From: Candidatus Omnitrophota bacterium
GTDB taxonomy: Bacteria > Omnitrophota > Gorgyraeia > Gorgyraeales > Gorgyraeaceae
DNA length: 64,000 nt
Reading direction: 5' to 3'
NCBI GenBank assembly: GCA_018824145.1
Contig: JAHJHC010000090.1
Location: 349 to 64,348, forward strand
Translations under genes and position numbers: made by a program
Notes under the pieces: model-generated
What the model was told of the DNA's origin: nothing
The model's input: only the letters and a program-made list of their open reading frames with translations
Databases searched by the model: none
Shown here: one piece after another, positions 8,928 through 17,157 of the stretch
How the letters are laid out: every line of letters starts with the position of its first letter
How positions within the stretch are numbered: position 1 is the stretch's first letter

Positions 8928-10640
8928 TTACCCATACTCCTTTGTCTCCCTCAACACCTCTTCAAGACTAGTCACACCTTCTTTAATTTTAGCTATGGCA
9001 TTTTCGCGTAATGTTTTCATACCGCCTTCCCGAGCAGCATTTCGAATCGCTGCAGAACTGGCGCGCCTGATTACCAACTCCCTTGTTTTATCATCCATAA
9101 TCAATAATTCATATATACCGATACGGCCTTTATATCCTGAGCTATTACACTCTGAACATCCTTCGCCTTTATAAAACTCTATCTGCCTAGCATCCTCATC
9201 TGAAATGCCTAGTTCAGATAATTCGTGTTTCAACGGCTTATATGCCTTTTTACATTTTTGGCATATCACCCTTAAAAGCCTCTGTGCAATAACTGCCCTG
9301 AGAGTAGACCCTATTAAGTAAGGCTCTATTCCCATATCCATAAGTCTTGTTACTGCACCCGGGGCATCATTAGTATGCAGGGTACTGAAAACCAGGTGCC
9401 CGGTTAAAGCAGATTGTATAGATATCTGGGCTGTCTCCGAATCCCTTATCTCGCCTACCATCAAAATATCAGGGTCCTGCCTTAACATATGCCGTAATGT
9501 CTTTGCAAATGTAAGTTCTATTTTAGGATTAACCGCTATCTGTATAATACCCTCTATATCATACTCGACAGGATCTTCAGCTGTGATAATTTTAAACTCT
9601 ACTTTATTTATCTCTCGCAGACATGAATATAAGGTCGTGGTCTTCCCGCTGCCCGTAGGCCCTGTGGTCAACAAAATCCCATTCGGCCTGTGTATGACCT
9701 TTCTAAGGTTTGATTTGATAACATCCTCCATCCCAAGCTGGTCTAACGACAGGCTCACTACGCTCTTATCTAAGACCCTCATAACAATACTCTCGCCATA
9801 GAGAGTCGGAAGAGTAGATACGCGAAGGTCAACACCCTTACCGCCGATATCCATCATGATCCTGCCGTCTTGCGGGAGCCTAGTCTCAGCAACATCCAAA
9901 TTCGCCATGACCTTTATTCTGGAACCTACTGCAAGAGACAGGACTTTTGGCGGATGGGCAGCATCATAACAGACACCGTCTATTCTATACCTTATCTTAT
10001 AATCCTTCTCAAATGGTTCAAAGTGTATGTCTGAGGCCTTTTCTCTTATTGCCCTTAAGAGTATCATATTTAACAATTTTACGACCGGTGCCTGTTGCGC
10101 GATCTCTTTCAGTTTATCAACATCACCGGTTTCTTTAACAATAGTCTTACTGGATGTCTTTTTTGCCTCATCTATGACATCGCCAAGGGATTCTTCCTCT
10201 TCTCCGCCGTAGTAACGCTCGATAGACTTCTTTATATCGCTATCTTTTGCAATAACCATTTTTATACTGAACCCTGTCACAAAGCGCAACTCGTCTACGA
10301 GCTTCATATTAAGAGGATCTGAAACAGCGACGACTATAACTCCTTCCTCGACCTTTAGCGGCACTATATTATAAAATTTTGCGGTTGAGGATGATATCTT
10401 ATTAATAGCACCCCTTTCGATGTTTACCTTGCCAATGTCGACTATCTCTAAACTCAGCCAGTCCGCCACCGTACTCAATAAAACATCTTCGGTTATATAC
10501 CCATGGCCGACCAAAATCTTAAATATATCTTTCCCTGTCTTTTTTTCCTCTATGGTGGCCTCATCGATGATCTCGGGAGTCAGTAATTTTTTATCGATAA
10601 GTTTTTTAAACAATAGGTTGTATTGCACCTTGTCACGCAT
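8928..10640 (-). CDS. gspE: GspE/PilB-family assembly ATPase
   Basis: ASDIHFEP, GPTGSGKTT, EDPVE, LRQDPD, HLVFSTLHTN, tetra-Cys motif. Confidence 0.92.
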   Translation of the reverse strand: MRDKVQYNLLFKKLIDKKLLTPEIIDEATIEEKKTGKDIFKILVGHGYITEDVLLSTVADWLSLEIVDIGKVNIERGAINKISSSTAKFYNIVPLKVEEGVIVVAVSDPLNMKLVDELRFVTGFSIKMVIAKDSDIKKSIERYYGGEEEESLGDVIDEAKKTSSKTIVKETGDVDKLKEIAQQAPVVKLLNMILLRAIREKASDIHFEPFEKDYKIRYRIDGVCYDAAHPPKVLSLAVGSRIKVMANLDVAETRLPQDGRIMMDIGGKGVDLRVSTLPTLYGESIVMRVLDKSVVSLSLDQLGMEDVIKSNLRKVIHRPNGILLTTGPTGSGKTTTLYSCLREINKVEFKIITAEDPVEYDIEGIIQIAVNPKIELTFAKTLRHMLRQDPDILMVGEIRDSETAQISIQSALTGHLVFSTLHTNDAPGAVTRLMDMGIEPYLIGSTLRAVIAQRLLRVICQKCKKAYKPLKHELSELGISDEDARQIEFYKGEGCSECNSSGYKGRIGIYELLIMDDKTRELVIRRASSAAIRNAAREGGMKTLRENAIAKIKEGVTSLEEVLRETKEYG

Positions 10641-10642
10641 AA

Positions 10643-12295
10643 CTATTGGGTCACCCTCATTACCTCTTGAATAGTCGTATAGCCCCTCTTGACTTTTTCC
10701 AAGCCGTCTTCCTTTAAGGTCCTGAATCCGGACGCTTTTGCGCTCCTCAATATCTCAGAGCTTGGGATATCATTCAAAACCATATCTCTTACCTTATCAC
10801 TTAATGTCAAAAGCTCAAATATACCAATCCTTCCTTTGAATCCAGTAAAATTACAGCTCGGACACCCTTTGCCTTTAAATAGCTCTAAATCCTTTGTCTC
10901 TTCCGGTGTTAAAGAAAGGATCGTTTTTTCCTCTTCACTGATTTTATATGCCTCTCTGCACGAAGGACATATTGTCCTGACTAACCTCTGAGCCAAGATC
11001 CCTTGAACCGTAGAAGCAACAAGATAAGGTTTAATGCCCATATCAACTAGTCTGGTAACAGCACTCACCGCATCATTGGTGTGAAGCGTACTAAAAATCA
11101 AATGGCCTGTGAGGGCAGACTGTATAGCTATCTGTGCGGTCTCCAGGTCTCTTATTTCTCCGACCATTATAATATCCGGCGCCTGCCTCAACATCGACCT
11201 GAGGCCACTAGCAAAGGTAAGGCCGATCTGCGGCTTGACCTGGACCTGATTTATACCGTCCAATTGATATTCAACAGGATCCTCTATGGTAATAACCTTG
11301 CGTTCCTTCTGATTTATCCGGCTAAGAGTAGTGTATAAAGTCGTGGTCTTCCCGCTGCCAGTAGGTCCTGTGACCAGTAACATACCATTAGATAGATTTA
11401 TCAATCTCTCAAAATCCTTCCGCTGGTCCGGCAAAAAACCTAATTCTTCGATCCCTACCAGAAAGCTTGATCTATCAAGTATCCTCATGACAATACTCTC
11501 ACCATGGATACCCGGTAGGCTCGAGACCCTCAAGTCTAAGTCCTTTTTATCAAACATTATCTTTATCCTACCATCCAGAGGGAGCCTCTTTTCTGCTATA
11601 TCCATACCCGCCATGATCTTGACTCTACTAATAACCGACCCCTCTAGTCTCATCGGCGGCCCCTGTACCTCATGTAGAATGCCGTCTATCCTGTAACGCA
11701 CACGGAATTTGGTCTCTAAAGGCTCAAGGTGAATATCACTCGCCCTTCTTTTTACGGCCTCATTTATGATAAGATTCACGAGCTTTATTATTGGGGCATC
11801 CTCTCTGGACTTCACCTCTTTCACCTCATCTGAAAGCCTTCCAAAATCAACAGGTTTATCTTCTTTAGATAGGTAAAACTCTCTTAATGCCTGATCCAAA
11901 TCCTTAGTTCTAAGTAATTCCAGCTCCACACTCATCCCGACTATCTTTTCAATATTCAAAGCTGCAAGAAAATTCAAGGGGTCATCAGTACCCATGAGGA
12001 GCTTATCGGTTTCATGTTTCAATGGGATTATCCTATGAGATAATGCAATGTTCGAAGGCAGGAGATTTGCTGCTTTCTTTTCTATCTTACGGAAGTCTAC
12101 AGCGATGGGCAAAATGCCTATTTGTGAAACAAGGGTCTTACCTACATCCTGGTTCGAAAGATACCCCAACCTGACAAATACACTAGCCAGCCGTTCTTTG
12201 GTCTGGCCTTGCTCTTCAAGGGCATGAGCTATTTGCTTATTGTCCAAAAGACCTATGTTTTTCAGAACTTCTTTTACGATGTCTTGTTTTTTCAT
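10643..12295 (-). CDS. gspE: GspE/PilB-family assembly ATPase (second paralog)
   Basis: ASDIHLEP, GPTGSGKTT, EDPVE, HLIFSTLHTN, CPSC..CPSC. Confidence 0.92.
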   Translation of the reverse strand: MKKQDIVKEVLKNIGLLDNKQIAHALEEQGQTKERLASVFVRLGYLSNQDVGKTLVSQIGILPIAVDFRKIEKKAANLLPSNIALSHRIIPLKHETDKLLMGTDDPLNFLAALNIEKIVGMSVELELLRTKDLDQALREFYLSKEDKPVDFGRLSDEVKEVKSREDAPIIKLVNLIINEAVKRRASDIHLEPLETKFRVRYRIDGILHEVQGPPMRLEGSVISRVKIMAGMDIAEKRLPLDGRIKIMFDKKDLDLRVSSLPGIHGESIVMRILDRSSFLVGIEELGFLPDQRKDFERLINLSNGMLLVTGPTGSGKTTTLYTTLSRINQKERKVITIEDPVEYQLDGINQVQVKPQIGLTFASGLRSMLRQAPDIIMVGEIRDLETAQIAIQSALTGHLIFSTLHTNDAVSAVTRLVDMGIKPYLVASTVQGILAQRLVRTICPSCREAYKISEEEKTILSLTPEETKDLELFKGKGCPSCNFTGFKGRIGIFELLTLSDKVRDMVLNDIPSSEILRSAKASGFRTLKEDGLEKVKRGYTTIQEVMRVTQ

Positions 12296-12326
12296 AAGAC
12301 AAGTTCTCAGCTTTCTATAATAGGAG

Positions 12327-12378
12327 ATCCCCCACCACTTTGCAAGGATAGCTAAGTCCTTGCAAAGTGGTGGGGGAT
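12327..12378. repeat. perfect 22-bp inverted repeat
   Basis: ATCCCCCACCACTTTGCAAGGA / TCCTTGCAAAGTGGTGGGGGAT with an 8-nt loop. Confidence 0.9.
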
Positions 12379-12390
12379 AAGTTCGGGCAG

Positions 12391-12425
12391 ATAAGTTACG
12401 TCAATCAAAGATTGACGTAACTTAT
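12391..12425. repeat. 16-bp hairpin of the TACG..AATC-nnn-GATT..CGTA family
   Basis: ATAAGTTACGTCAATC-AAA-GATTGACGTAACTTAT; related to the hairpins at 54220, 45742 and 15160. Confidence 0.85.
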
Positions 12426-12429
12426 GCCC

Positions 12430-13173
12430 TTACTTATTTATCAAACTCGCAAAATATCCCGCGCCAAAGCCGTTGTCAATATTTACGACGCTAACACCAG
12501 GTGCACAACAGTTCATCATAGTCAATAAAGGCGCTAAGCCCTTGAAACTAGAGCCATACCCTACGCTAGTCGGGACTGCTATAACAGGCCTGTCAGTAAT
12601 ACCTGCGACTACACTCGCAAGGGCCCCTTCCATACCAGCAACCACAATGATGACATTTGCCTTTGAAATTTCAGTAAGCCTATCGAACAGACGATGGATA
12701 CCGGCCACACCTACATCATAAACCGTCTTTACCTTATGCCCCAAAACATCCAACGTCAACCTCGCTTCTTCAGCTACAGGGATATCGCTAGTGCCTGCAG
12801 TGAGAATCAAAACTTTCCTTTTGGTCTTTCGGATCTTTTTCTTTAAATAAATTATCCTTGCCAGCTCATTGTATTTCAATTTCGGGTAGGCCTTTTTTAA
12901 ATATCCGTATAAGGTTTTACTGGCTCTGGTTAATAAGATATGTTTGTCTCTTTTCAGGACATCCTTGAGTATCTTTTTTATATGTTCTGGTTTTTTGCCT
13001 TCACAATACAAAACCTCGCCAAAACCCTTGCGAAGAGATCTGTGATAGTCTAACCGCGCAAAATCCAAGTCTTTATAAGGAAGGTCTTTGAGCTGCTGGT
13101 AAGCCTTGTGTACGGTAATCTTCTTAGCATGCAACTCTCTTAATAATTGTTTTATTGACTGCTGGGAATCCAT
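12430..13173 (-). CDS. larB: nickel pincer cofactor biosynthesis protein LarB (AIR carboxylase-like)
   Basis: LDYHRSLRKGFGEV, AGTSDIPVAEE, VAGMEGAL, PTSVGYG, VNIDNGFGA. Confidence 0.9.
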   Translation of the reverse strand: MDSQQSIKQLLRELHAKKITVHKAYQQLKDLPYKDLDFARLDYHRSLRKGFGEVLYCEGKKPEHIKKILKDVLKRDKHILLTRASKTLYGYLKKAYPKLKYNELARIIYLKKKIRKTKRKVLILTAGTSDIPVAEEARLTLDVLGHKVKTVYDVGVAGIHRLFDRLTEISKANVIIVVAGMEGALASVVAGITDRPVIAVPTSVGYGSSFKGLAPLLTMMNCCAPGVSVVNIDNGFGAGYFASLINK

Positions 13174-13186
13174 TTTTACGCAAATC

Positions 13187-13519
13187 TTATCTAAAAATAA
13201 AATATAGCGTGATTGCGATCATAAAGAAGGCATAGATATAAAAATCGTTAAAATAGAAGAAATCTTTTATTCGGTCGGAGACAGTGCCGCAGGGACGAGA
13301 CGCATGTCTTTTTTCTTTTGAGCTATATAACTTCGCCCCTGCCTTATTAGAAGGTATCTTTTGACGATAAGAATTCAACTCGTCCACGCGGAATCTCGTG
13401 TAAAGCCCACCTATCTTGTAAGAATTGACCTTGCCATTATCAACGATCTCGTACAATTCGCTTTCCGAGACCTTTAAATAATCAGCCGCTTCTTCAGGAG
13501 TCAGGAATTTCTTCATCAC
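13187..13519 (-). CDS. excisionase/MerR-like HTH protein with C-terminal TM helix
   Basis: LTPEEAADYLKVS...YKIGG..RF; hydrophobic C-terminus. Confidence 0.82.
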   Translation of the reverse strand: MMKKFLTPEEAADYLKVSESELYEIVDNGKVNSYKIGGLYTRFRVDELNSYRQKIPSNKAGAKLYSSKEKRHASRPCGTVSDRIKDFFYFNDFYIYAFFMIAITLYFIFR

Positions 13520-14041
13520 TTATTTCACTTTTTCTTTCGCTATCCATTCATCAATCGTTGACCTGTCAAATCTCCATTCATTACCTTCTTTAAATGCAGG
13601 GATCTTCCCGGAATCTGCCCAGCTCAAGATATCCGAAGATTCCAATTCCAAATAGCTCGCCAGCTCGTCAACATTAAGAGTAAATGCATCTTTACCTGTA
13701 TAGCTCAACATCTGACACTTTCCCTGCAAGATAGCCCCTGGTTCCACGCTCAAAACAGGTGTCTGGATGTTGCCGACAATATGAGCGTGTGAACAAAGTT
13801 TCAATTGTTTCTTGGCAATGATATTTCCTGTAATCTTTCCCCCTACAATTATTTCCTCGCCATTTATATCCGCACGGATAGAGGCATTCTCTCCTATGGT
13901 AAGGCTACCTTTTGTGTCTAAATTACCTTCGAAGCTCCCATTTATCCTGAGGTTTACAGGATCCTTAAATACAAGTGTTCCCTGCATGCTGGCATCAACA
14001 TCTAGAATTTTCTGCTCAACCCTATCATCCCGTCTAGCCAT
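13520..14041 (-). CDS. bactofilin (polymer-forming cytoskeletal) domain fused to an excisionase-like HTH
   Basis: LRINGSFEG...GKITGNI...GAILQGKCQM followed by LNVDELASYLEL...IPAFKEGNEWRF. Confidence 0.85.
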   Translation of the reverse strand: MARRDDRVEQKILDVDASMQGTLVFKDPVNLRINGSFEGNLDTKGSLTIGENASIRADINGEEIIVGGKITGNIIAKKQLKLCSHAHIVGNIQTPVLSVEPGAILQGKCQMLSYTGKDAFTLNVDELASYLELESSDILSWADSGKIPAFKEGNEWRFDRSTIDEWIAKEKVK

Positions 14042-14073
14042 TTTTCACCCCCCTTATTTAAAATACTTTATAT

Positions 14074-14496
14074 TTAGATATTAATTTTACGTAATACATG
14101 AAGCGCCATCAAAACAATAACAGTCGTTATACAAGCTGCCATGTAAAAACCACAACCCACTGCCAACCCTATACCTGAAACAACCCACAAACTGGCAGCT
14201 GTCGTAAGGCCTGTGATGGATACCCTGGAACGAATAATCGTACCTGCACCCAAAAATCCAATACCAGTTATTACTCCTGCTGCAAGCCTGGCTGGATCTA
14301 CTTGCACACCTCTGGCCACATATAGCTCGAATAAATAAAGGGACGTAAGCATTATAAGCGTAGACCCAAGGCAAACAATGATATGAGTTCTAAAGCCAGC
14401 TGTTTTCTTGTTATGTTTTTCTCTCTCTAAACCTACCAGTCCCCCTAATATCGCCCCTGTTATCAACCGTATAGCTATCTGTATATTATCTATCAT
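14074..14496 (-). CDS. mgtC: MgtC/SapB family membrane protein
   Basis: GLERE, AGFRTH, DPARLAA, GIGFLGAG, GLTTAASLW. Confidence 0.92.
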   Translation of the reverse strand: MIDNIQIAIRLITGAILGGLVGLEREKHNKKTAGFRTHIIVCLGSTLIMLTSLYLFELYVARGVQVDPARLAAGVITGIGFLGAGTIIRSRVSITGLTTAASLWVVSGIGLAVGCGFYMAACITTVIVLMALHVLRKINI

Positions 14497-14550
14497 ATCT
14501 TTCCTCCTATGTGTACTATTTTTGACGACAAGTTACAACATTGAGAATTT

Positions 14551-14781
14551 CCGAGAGGAGGTTTTTCACGAATTGAAAATTTAGCCTTTTATGGAACATT
14601 TTGGCGGTTTATTTGCCACATTCTATGAGGCAAAAAGGGCGGAAACTGTTCGAAGCCGACACAATTTTTGTGTCGGCAAGTTTTTCCGCCCCCGTCAAAA
14701 TGTGGAATAAAAGGCGGTCCCATATGAACATCTTAGTCCATAATGGGAAAATTTTCAGCTGAGTGAAAAACCTCCTCTCGG
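14551..14781. mobile_element. 231-nt long-hairpin element (MITE/REPIN-like or structured RNA)
   Basis: perfect 19-bp terminal IR CCGAGAGGAGGTTTTTCAC plus nested stems ending in GCCGACACAA/TTGTGTCGGC. Confidence 0.65.
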
Positions 14782-14849
14782 GAAAAAATTAAATACCATC
14801 TATTCTTTTCAAATATTATAACATTTCCACCTAGTTATACGCCTATACA

Positions 14850-15872
14850 TCATAGCGCTGCTGTAATATCTAAACCAGATTCAATTCCTTTCTTATATAG
14901 TCTATAAGCAACGCCCGCTACCATTACGGCATTATCCGAACATAAATCAATCGGCGGGAAATACGCCTTAAAACCTCTAAACATAGACTCTCTTGTAATC
15001 ATCTCTCTGAATCTGGAATTCGCGCTTACCCCTCCTCCGATAACAAGGGTCTTTATCTTATATTTTTCCATGGCCTTTATGGAATTTTTTACAATGACAC
15101 TCAATGCTGCCTCCTGGAAACTTGCAGAAATGTTTCGTGTTTCGTGATCCGTGATCCGTGCCCCGTACGAAAATCTTCGATTTCGTACGGGGCGTGATCC
15201 GTTATCTTTTACATAGTATAAAACCGCGGTTTTAATGCCGCTGAAACTGAAATCAAGACTGCCATTTATAGGCCTGCATATAAATCTGACAGCGTGAGGA
15301 TTGCCTTTTTTAGCGAGCCTGTCTATCACTGGCCCTCCGGGATACCCGAGGCCTAAAATCTTCGCTACCTTATCATAAGCCTCGCCAATCGCATCATCCA
15401 ATGTATCGCCGAGGACTTTAAACACATCAAAATCCTCTACAAGACTTAACCTTGTATGGCCGCCTGATATAACAAGTCCTATAAACGGAAATCGGACTCT
15501 TCTTTCTTGCATTAAAGCTGAATATACATGCGCCTTTAAATGATCTACTGCTATAAGCGGAATATCCAGACTATAAGCCATTGCCTTTGCGCAAGAGATA
15601 CCTGAAAGTAGCGCCCCTACAAGGCCCGGCCCCTGAGTCACTGCTATAGCATCTATATCTTCTATCTGTAAACCCGCCTCATGTAAAGAACGAAAAATAA
15701 CCCTGTCTATATTTTCAACGTGATGCCTGGTAGCTATCTCTGGTATTACTCCACCAAACCTCCTGTGGTACCTCAAACTAGACGAAACCACATTAGACAA
15801 AACGAGCCTACCATTTTTAACAACACTAGCAGCTGTCTCATCACAGGAAGTCTCTATGCCCAGTATAAACAT
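14850..15872 (-). CDS. tsaD: tRNA threonylcarbamoyltransferase TsaD
   Basis: ILGIETSCDET, GPGL, DHLKAH, SGGHT, DDAIGEAYDK, SDNAVM. Confidence 0.96.
   Translation of the reverse strand: MFILGIETSCDETAASVVKNGRLVLSNVVSSSLRYHRRFGGVIPEIATRHHVENIDRVIFRSLHEAGLQIEDIDAIAVTQGPGLVGALLSGISCAKAMAYSLDIPLIAVDHLKAHVYSALMQERRVRFPFIGLVISGGHTRLSLVEDFDVFKVLGDTLDDAIGEAYDKVAKILGLGYPGGPVIDRLAKKGNPHAVRFICRPINGSLDFSFSGIKTAVLYYVKDNGSRPVRNRRFSYGARITDHETRNISASFQEAALSVIVKNSIKAMEKYKIKTLVIGGGVSANSRFREMITRESMFRGFKAYFPPIDLCSDNAVMVAGVAYRLYKKGIESGLDITAAL
15133..15204. repeat. heptamer array plus hairpin inserted in frame within tsaD
   Basis: (TCCGTGA)n array interrupted by a GCCCCGTACGAAA..TTTCGTACGGGGC stem. Confidence 0.8.
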
Positions 15873-15874
15873 GA

Positions 15875-17143
15875 CTATTTCTCGTTATATAAAATTATTC
15901 CCTTTAAAACATCTACGGCGCTCAGGATCTGATTGTCGTATTTTTTTGTCTCTGGCTTGGGCTTTTCCTTGTCTTTTTTGTCGTCTAAAAGTTCATCAAA
16001 TATATGCACTTCACTATCTTCTTCTTTTTTTTCTTCTTCTATTACAGTTTCTTTATATTCTACAATAATATCTGGAGTAACACCTTCTCCGTGGATAGAG
16101 CGACCTAGTGGGGTAAAATATTTACTGGTCGTAAGCCGCACTGCCGAACCGTCTGATAAGGGCACCACTGTCTGAACAGAACCTTTACCAAAGCTTTTCG
16201 TGCCTATTATAATGCCCCTTTTGTGGTCCTGGATAGCACCCGCTACAATCTCAGAAGCAGACGCGCTACCGCCATTTACCAAAATAACCATAGGGTACTC
16301 TAAATGCTTATTCTTAGATTTTGACTTAAATACAAAATTCTGTTTTTCAACTCGGCCTTTTGTCGAAACGATAATCTTCCCTTCTTCTAAAAACTTATCT
16401 GCTGTCACCACTGAGGCATCAAGAAGCCCACCCGGGTTATTTCTAAGATCCAGGATAAGCCCTTTCATGTCTTTACTCTCCAAGTCCCTTAGGCCTTCTT
16501 CCAACTGCCTACTAGTCTTCTCTTGGAACTCTACTAATCTAATATAACCAATGCCTGATTCAATAATCTCTGCGGTCTTGATGCTCTCCAGATTTATTAT
16601 CGCCCTTTTGATCGTAAAATCCAAAAGCCTCTTTTCAGACTCCCTAAGCACTGTTACATTTACCGACGTCCCTGGCTTACCTCGTAATTTCTTAACCGCT
16701 TCAATGAGGGTAAGATCTTTTGTGATCTCACCCTCAATTTTAACAATCTTATCTCCGGCCTTAAGCCCTACATTATAGGCAGGCGTATCATCTATCGGAG
16801 TTATTATAGTAAGTAAATTATCTTTTATAGTGATCTCTATGCCTATGCCTCCGAATTCACCTTCGGTCTCTATCCTCATTTCGCTGTAAGTATCAGGGTC
16901 CATAAACTGACTGTATGGGTCAAGGGACGAAAGCATGCCTTTCAACGCACCGTATATAAGGTCTTTTGATTTTGCATCTTCGACATAATCTGACCGTATA
17001 ATACTCACAGCATCTGAAAACAATTCAAGTTCTTTGTATAAATTATCCGAGGACACAGTCTTTTCAGCAAAACCAATATTGGAAATAAGAAAACCCGTTA
17101 CAAGCCCGGCTAAAAGTATAAGTATAGTGATTTTTCTATTCAT
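15875..17143 (-). CDS. ctpA: carboxyl-terminal processing protease S41 with PDZ domain
   Basis: LDPYS, GIGIEI, DLRNNPGG, SASASEI, FGKGSVQ. Confidence 0.94.
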   Translation of the reverse strand: MNRKITILILLAGLVTGFLISNIGFAEKTVSSDNLYKELELFSDAVSIIRSDYVEDAKSKDLIYGALKGMLSSLDPYSQFMDPDTYSEMRIETEGEFGGIGIEITIKDNLLTIITPIDDTPAYNVGLKAGDKIVKIEGEITKDLTLIEAVKKLRGKPGTSVNVTVLRESEKRLLDFTIKRAIINLESIKTAEIIESGIGYIRLVEFQEKTSRQLEEGLRDLESKDMKGLILDLRNNPGGLLDASVVTADKFLEEGKIIVSTKGRVEKQNFVFKSKSKNKHLEYPMVILVNGGSASASEIVAGAIQDHKRGIIIGTKSFGKGSVQTVVPLSDGSAVRLTTSKYFTPLGRSIHGEGVTPDIIVEYKETVIEEEKKEEDSEVHIFDELLDDKKDKEKPKPETKKYDNQILSAVDVLKGIILYNEK

Positions 17144-17157
17144 ATATCTCCCTTTCT

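Noticed and set aside
13278-13312. Possible degenerate palindrome in the linker of the HTH-TM gene
   Set aside because: The stems are short and imperfect and cannot be told apart from chance
14500-14850. M-box (ykoK) Mg2+ riboswitch upstream of mgtC
   Set aside because: I could not find the conserved AGGTGAGGCT-like core on the coding strand; the region is a symmetric fold-back instead. An Infernal scan is needed to exclude it fully
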